From positions 1 to 50,138 of IMG/VR virus record IMGVR_UViG_2875207988_000001: a DNA stretch of 50,138 nucleotides. One strand, given 5' to 3'. This document shows, piece after piece, positions 45,735-50,138 of this stretch. This DNA comes from an uncultured virus (IMG/VR IMGVR_UViG_2875207988_000001). Lineage: Duplodnaviria > Heunggongvirae > Uroviricota > Caudoviricetes. Made by a program: the position numbers and the translations under genes. Position 1 is the stretch's first letter. Every line of letters begins with the position of its first letter. The notes under the pieces are model-generated. The model saw nothing but the letters and a program-made list of their open reading frames with translations. It made no database searches and was not told where the DNA came from.

Positions 45735-47564
45735 ATGTATGCAAGCCAAATGTCAATCAATAGCTTTAGAAGATTCACTAATACGAAATTAAGAATCGGC
45801 AAATACGTAACCTGTATTGCTGGTCAAAATGGAGTTGGTAAATCTCAAATTTTAGCTTTGCTAGGTAATTGTGGACAGCTCGCTAAGAAACAAGGAGAAA
45901 GTATACAAGGATACCCATTTCGTGCTGACTGGTCTGAAATTGTTAAAGGTGACATGAATCATGACAATTTAAGTTCGGTTAAAAATGCCCTATCTATACA
46001 CTTTGAAGATATTCCTCAAACAGATGGGTCAGACTACTTTAAATACTCTTTTAGTTCAGATTTAGCATTCAGAACTCTATGGCAAAATAAACCAATACTG
46101 GCAAAAGATGCTAATAAGTTCCTTAAATCCGTCACCTCCGATGAACTAAAAGAAAAAATAAGCAAAGACATTAATAATTTGGATAATACTTCCAAAAAGG
46201 AAATTTCTGTTCCTGATAGGTTTCGGATTATTCCGATGAAAAATGAAACTCGAAATACTGAGTCTAAACTGGAATTTCCAACATACTACTTAGGCTTAAG
46301 TCGCCTCTACCCTATTGGTGAGGCAAAAGAAGTATCTATTGCAAAAAACAATTTGAGCAGTGATCAGCTTGAATATTTCAGAACAAATTATACCAAGATA
46401 TTTGATTCGAGTGATAAAATCGAAAATCTCTCTGATTTATCCCTTTCAGAAAGCTCGAAGAAGCATGGTTTGGGATTAGAAAATTCATTATATGGTCCAA
46501 TTGGGAATTCAAACGGTCAGGACAACTTAAACCAAATAATTGCAGCATTTGCCTCGTTTCATCAACTGAAAAAGATACAGGGAACAAACTTCATTGGAGG
46601 GCTCCTACTGATAGATGAACTGGATGCCTCTCTTCATCCAGCAGCTCAAAACAAGCTGCTGAATTTCATTATCCACGAATCAAGAGATATCGGAATTCAA
46701 ACTATTTTCACAACACACTCGTTAAGTCTTCTGAAATATTTCGTTCAAAAACAAGATGGTCAGAAATCTGGATCTAACGAAATCGAACTAACATACTTAA
46801 CTAGGGGACATGGAATGGTGGAGGTAAAAGAAGATCCTAAGTACCAATGGATTGAAAATGAGCTACTGACATCGTCAGGTCAAAGAAGAAGAAAACCAAC
46901 GATACCTGTACTGACAGAAGATGACTCGGCCACCTGGTTAATCAAACAAATGCTTAATTACTTTGAAATTGATAATTCAAAGTTTGACTTTTTAAATTTG
47001 TCTACTGGATGGGAGAACATAATCACCCTGATTAAGCGTGACTTTAAATACTTCGGAGGCTATATTACTGTATTGGATGCAGACGTTACAAAAGAAAAAA
47101 TAGCTAACAAAATTAAAGGAACAAATTACGTTTTCAACGATAATCCTGTCATCGAAAAGATTACGAATAGAGACATTCTGTCACTCCCAAACCTACTTCC
47201 TGGTAAATGCGACCTACCCATTGAAAAAGACTTTCGACCGTATATTGAATTAGAACTCTGGGAATATCTAAACCATCTCGATGCAGATTCTCCATTTTTC
47301 AATGATGAATATATTTCTGCAATTCCATTTTATAAGAGAACACTAACTAGTGAAGGTCCAGATAATTACAACAAAGGAACTTATGAAAGTAAAGTCAAAG
47401 CATGGTTTAAGGATAACGGTAGCATTGTTGAAGCGTCTATACCCTACTTTTTTGAATCCAACCATGATAGTATTCGAAAATTTGTTAATTTGATAATCAA
47501 AAAATATAATTTTTTGATAGATGAAAGATACTCCCAGTTGAGACCAATCAATAAAATTAAGTAA
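45735..47564 (+). CDS. ABC-type ATPase fused to TOPRIM-like domain (OLD/PARIS-like nuclease)
   Basis: GQNGVGKS Walker A, LLLIDELDASLHP Walker B/D-loop, TTHS, VLTED and VLDAD TOPRIM-like acidic motifs. Confidence 0.82.
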   Translation: MYASQMSINSFRRFTNTKLRIGKYVTCIAGQNGVGKSQILALLGNCGQLAKKQGESIQGYPFRADWSEIVKGDMNHDNLSSVKNALSIHFEDIPQTDGSDYFKYSFSSDLAFRTLWQNKPILAKDANKFLKSVTSDELKEKISKDINNLDNTSKKEISVPDRFRIIPMKNETRNTESKLEFPTYYLGLSRLYPIGEAKEVSIAKNNLSSDQLEYFRTNYTKIFDSSDKIENLSDLSLSESSKKHGLGLENSLYGPIGNSNGQDNLNQIIAAFASFHQLKKIQGTNFIGGLLLIDELDASLHPAAQNKLLNFIIHESRDIGIQTIFTTHSLSLLKYFVQKQDGQKSGSNEIELTYLTRGHGMVEVKEDPKYQWIENELLTSSGQRRRKPTIPVLTEDDSATWLIKQMLNYFEIDNSKFDFLNLSTGWENIITLIKRDFKYFGGYITVLDADVTKEKIANKIKGTNYVFNDNPVIEKITNRDILSLPNLLPGKCDLPIEKDFRPYIELELWEYLNHLDADSPFFNDEYISAIPFYKRTLTSEGPDNYNKGTYESKVKAWFKDNGSIVEASIPYFFESNHDSIRKFVNLIIKKYNFLIDERYSQLRPINKIK

Positions 47565-47620
47565 TCTGCCCATGGCCAAACAACAAATTATTTGTTACTC
47601 TAAGTTTAGAGGTGATGACT

Positions 47621-48538
47621 ATGCCAAAAACCGATTCCCCGTTCAGGTATCCCGGAGGGAAGACTCAGCTTTATCCATTTGTCAAAAACATTTTAGACTT
47701 GAATGATACTCACAATACCTATATAGAGCCATTTGCTGGTGGTGCCGGTATCCCAATTAAGCTAATATTAAACAATGAAATTGAAAGTGTCTGGATTAAT
47801 GATTATGACAAATCTATTTTTTCTGTATGGTATGCTATTCTTCATCGTCCATCGGAACTTATTAAAAAAATAAAGCATGTCCCTTTTGACTATACTAAGG
47901 GACATCTAATTTCTCCAAATCACAGCATAGCATTTTGGAGAAATCAGCAGGCTATTTATCTAAAAGAGAAAGGTCATCAATACTCTTTAGACCTAGCTTT
48001 CGCTACACTTCTGCTTAATAGAACCAATACAAGCGGCATAATTACCGGCGGTCCGCTTGGGGGCTATGAACAAAATCATACAACCCAAATCTATGCTCGA
48101 TTCAATAAGCAAACACTTATTGACAAAATTAATTTAATATATTCATTCAAACACAGGATTACCCTGACACGTTTAAACGCTTTGGACATGATTCCAAAAA
48201 TTAGAGAACGTATTGACCCTACAGACAGTTTTATTTTCTTTGATCCCCCTTACTTTGAACAAGGTAAGAACCTATACTACTCCTCGTTCAATGAAAGTGG
48301 CCATTTAGATTTAGCAAAAGAAATACTGGCCCTAACTACCTACCATTGGATAACTACCTATGACACTGCTCCTCAAATTCAAGAAGATTATAGAATGGCC
48401 ACGAAACGCTTTGAATATTATCTGAACTACTCAGCAAATAACAAGCGTCGGGGACAATCTTCAGAGTTTATGTTTGCAAGTCCAATTACAAAGATTGATT
48501 CATTCGACAAAGTTAATCTATCTCCGCTGACTGAATAG
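47621..48538 (+). CDS. DNA adenine methyltransferase (Dam/D12 class)
   Basis: SPFRYPGGK, YIEPFAGGAG, IND, DPPY. Confidence 0.93.
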   Translation: MPKTDSPFRYPGGKTQLYPFVKNILDLNDTHNTYIEPFAGGAGIPIKLILNNEIESVWINDYDKSIFSVWYAILHRPSELIKKIKHVPFDYTKGHLISPNHSIAFWRNQQAIYLKEKGHQYSLDLAFATLLLNRTNTSGIITGGPLGGYEQNHTTQIYARFNKQTLIDKINLIYSFKHRITLTRLNALDMIPKIRERIDPTDSFIFFDPPYFEQGKNLYYSSFNESGHLDLAKEILALTTYHWITTYDTAPQIQEDYRMATKRFEYYLNYSANNKRRGQSSEFMFASPITKIDSFDKVNLSPLTE

Positions 48539-48627
48539 TTATTGTAATAACTTGAAAACTACGAATTATCAAATTAAATGTAACGTCTAACTCATAATTA
48601 TAATCCGCGACAAAACGCAGGTTCCCT

Positions 48628-48701
48628 GAACCCTTAGATCAACAGGATAGAGCAACAGTTTCCTAAACTGTAGGTTGCGAGTTCGATTCTCGCAGGGTTC
48701 A
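48628..48701 (+). tRNA. tRNA-Arg (CCT)
   Basis: GAACCCT/AGGGTTC acceptor, ACAGT-TTCCTAA-ACTGT anticodon arm, GCGAG TTCGATT CTCGC T-arm; one D-stem mismatch. Confidence 0.85.
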
Positions 48702-48703
48702 TT

Positions 48704-48777
48704 GGACCTTTAGCTCAGTTGGTTAGAGTAGACGGCTCATAACCGTTCGGTCGTTGGTTCGAGTCCAACAAGGTCCA
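48704..48777 (+). tRNA. tRNA-Ile2 (CAT anticodon; may be called Met)
   Basis: GGACCTTTAGCTCAGTTGGTTAGAG...GACGG-CTCATAA-CCGTT...GGTTCGAGTCC...AAGGTCCA. Confidence 0.92.
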
Positions 48778-48789
48778 TAGAAGCACAAG

Positions 48790-48816
48790 AGATCCCTACC
48801 CGGGATTTTCTTTTTT
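48790..48816 (+). terminator. Intrinsic terminator after tRNAs
   Basis: GATCCC-taccc-GGGATT plus T run. Confidence 0.55.
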
Positions 48817-48825
48817 ACCATCAAA

Positions 48826-48839
48826 AGAACATATGTTTG
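48826..48839. promoter_or_regulatory. Putative LexA (SOS) box upstream of integrase
   Basis: AGAACATATGTTTG matches Firmicute GAAC-N4-GTTY. Confidence 0.55.
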
Positions 48840-48875
48840 TGTATTTCAATTATTGATATACAAGGAGGAATTATT

Positions 48876-50138
48876 ATGTCAGAAGGATCACTAAGGAAAC
48901 GTGGAGATAAATGGTACTACTCTTTTGAAGCCGGTAGCATCGATGGATCGCGAAAACGTATCGAACATCCCGGTGGTCGCACCAAAGCAGAAGCATCGGC
49001 CGCCCTTCGTGCGGCAATGCAGGAGTACGAAAATGGAGGAGTCAAAATAAGAAGGAATAATTATACCATTCATGACTACTTCGACTACTGGTTTGATAGC
49101 TATGTAATGAAAGAGCTTCGCCCAAATACACAGAGCAATTATCGGAATGTGATTGATAAGTACATCGATCCGGCAATTGGTAGATACAAGTTAAAATCAA
49201 TCAGTCCCGCCAAACTGCAAAAGATGATGGATGATTTAGGGAAAACAGGATTGTCAAAACATTCAGTTGAAATTATTTTGACCGTTCTTCGCAAGGGACT
49301 AAAGATGGCAGTCTTCCCCTACCAGCTGATTAAAGAAAACCCGGGCAACTACATCGGCATGCCCCGTTTCCCCGAATCCCATGGTAAAACACGGTCAGAT
49401 TTGCGAATTATCACACTCGAACAGTATCGCCAGATACTCGCAATCACCCCATTTTCTAACCCCTTTAACGTTCCCCTTCAACTAGCCTTTGGCACGGGCA
49501 TGCGCCGAGGTGAGGTTAGCGGACTAGAATGGAGCGCAGTTGACCTAGAGAATGGAACCATCGACATCCACCAAGCTATGCTTCAAAAGACCAAGAAAAA
49601 ACGAAAGGCCGATGCTGAATATAAGACGAAAGTAAAATACTCCGATCCGACAATAAAGCCAGATCATGAACGGTCTTCCAACGCTCCTTGGGATTTAGGT
49701 CCACTTAAAACATCCGCAAGCTATCGAAAAATTTCGATTGGGCCTTCTGTTATCGAGCTGCTAAAGAAAAAACGCGCCGACCAAGAAGTTCAGCGGGCGC
49801 GCTATGGGAAATACTACTATGATTCTGATTTTGTATGTACGAAAGAAAACGGGAAACCTGTCACCCCGAATTCTATCAAATACCACGCTGATAAAATTCA
49901 AAAAGAGTTAGGCTTCCCGTTTGACTTTCATTCGTTGCGTCACACTCACGCAACTATGCTTTTGCAAAATGGAGACAATATCAAATCAATTCAGAAACGT
50001 TTAGGTCACGCTAGAATATCGACGACACTAGATACCTATGCCCACGTTACCGATGAGATGAACAAAAAGTCAGTTGACATTTTTGAGGACGTGATGGCCG
50101 ACATCAGGCAGAAATCTAGTGATGAAAAACAATCCTAA
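48876..50138 (+). CDS. int: Tyrosine integrase
   Basis: TGMRRGEVSGL.W, FHSLRHTHAT, RLGH.....T.D.YAH; arm-binding N-terminus. Confidence 0.96.
   Translation: MSEGSLRKRGDKWYYSFEAGSIDGSRKRIEHPGGRTKAEASAALRAAMQEYENGGVKIRRNNYTIHDYFDYWFDSYVMKELRPNTQSNYRNVIDKYIDPAIGRYKLKSISPAKLQKMMDDLGKTGLSKHSVEIILTVLRKGLKMAVFPYQLIKENPGNYIGMPRFPESHGKTRSDLRIITLEQYRQILAITPFSNPFNVPLQLAFGTGMRRGEVSGLEWSAVDLENGTIDIHQAMLQKTKKKRKADAEYKTKVKYSDPTIKPDHERSSNAPWDLGPLKTSASYRKISIGPSVIELLKKKRADQEVQRARYGKYYYDSDFVCTKENGKPVTPNSIKYHADKIQKELGFPFDFHSLRHTHATMLLQNGDNIKSIQKRLGHARISTTLDTYAHVTDEMNKKSVDIFEDVMADIRQKSSDEKQS

Larger units (their letters stand above)
1..50138. mobile_element. Temperate prophage with contractile tail (myovirus-like), lactobacillus host
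   Basis: Complete module order lysis-tail-head-packaging-replication-immunity-integrase; sheath and baseplate J present. Confidence 0.96.

Noticed and set aside
50100..50138. attL/attR sites
   Set aside because: The window stops at the integrase and endolysin stop codons; flanks are not shown

Overview
The window is an essentially complete ~50 kb temperate prophage of a lactobacillus. The endolysin domains and general gene content suggest a Levilactobacillus brevis-like host, which is inference. It runs from the endolysin stop codon (pos. 1) to the integrase stop codon (50138), and no att sites are visible. On the minus strand lie the lysis genes, the tail fibre and three alternative receptor-binding tips, a contractile-tail baseplate, tape measure, tube and sheath, the head and packaging genes, a moron/tRNA region, ArpU, replication, RecT/RecE and Cro. 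On the plus strand lie the repressor, ImmA, accessory cargo, tRNAs and the integrase. The top finding is that two of the three receptor-binding-protein genes are each preceded by an unannotated leader ORF with a poly-G tract. A 1-nt change in tract length would extend each leader to a stop codon overlapping the RBP start, through a hairpin that hides the RBP Shine-Dalgarno. This looks like a phase-variable translational-coupling switch, and both leaders are currently OFF. Other findings are a -1 frameshift adding a HeH/LEM-like domain to the capsid, a +1 tail-chaperone frameshift, an ABC-ATPase/TOPRIM plus adenine-methylase candidate defence cassette bracketed by tRNA-Ile2 repeats, several tRNA-like scaffolds, a recurring RNA-like motif before secreted-protein genes, and small antisense RNAs. 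All family assignments come from motif recognition and synteny, not database searches.
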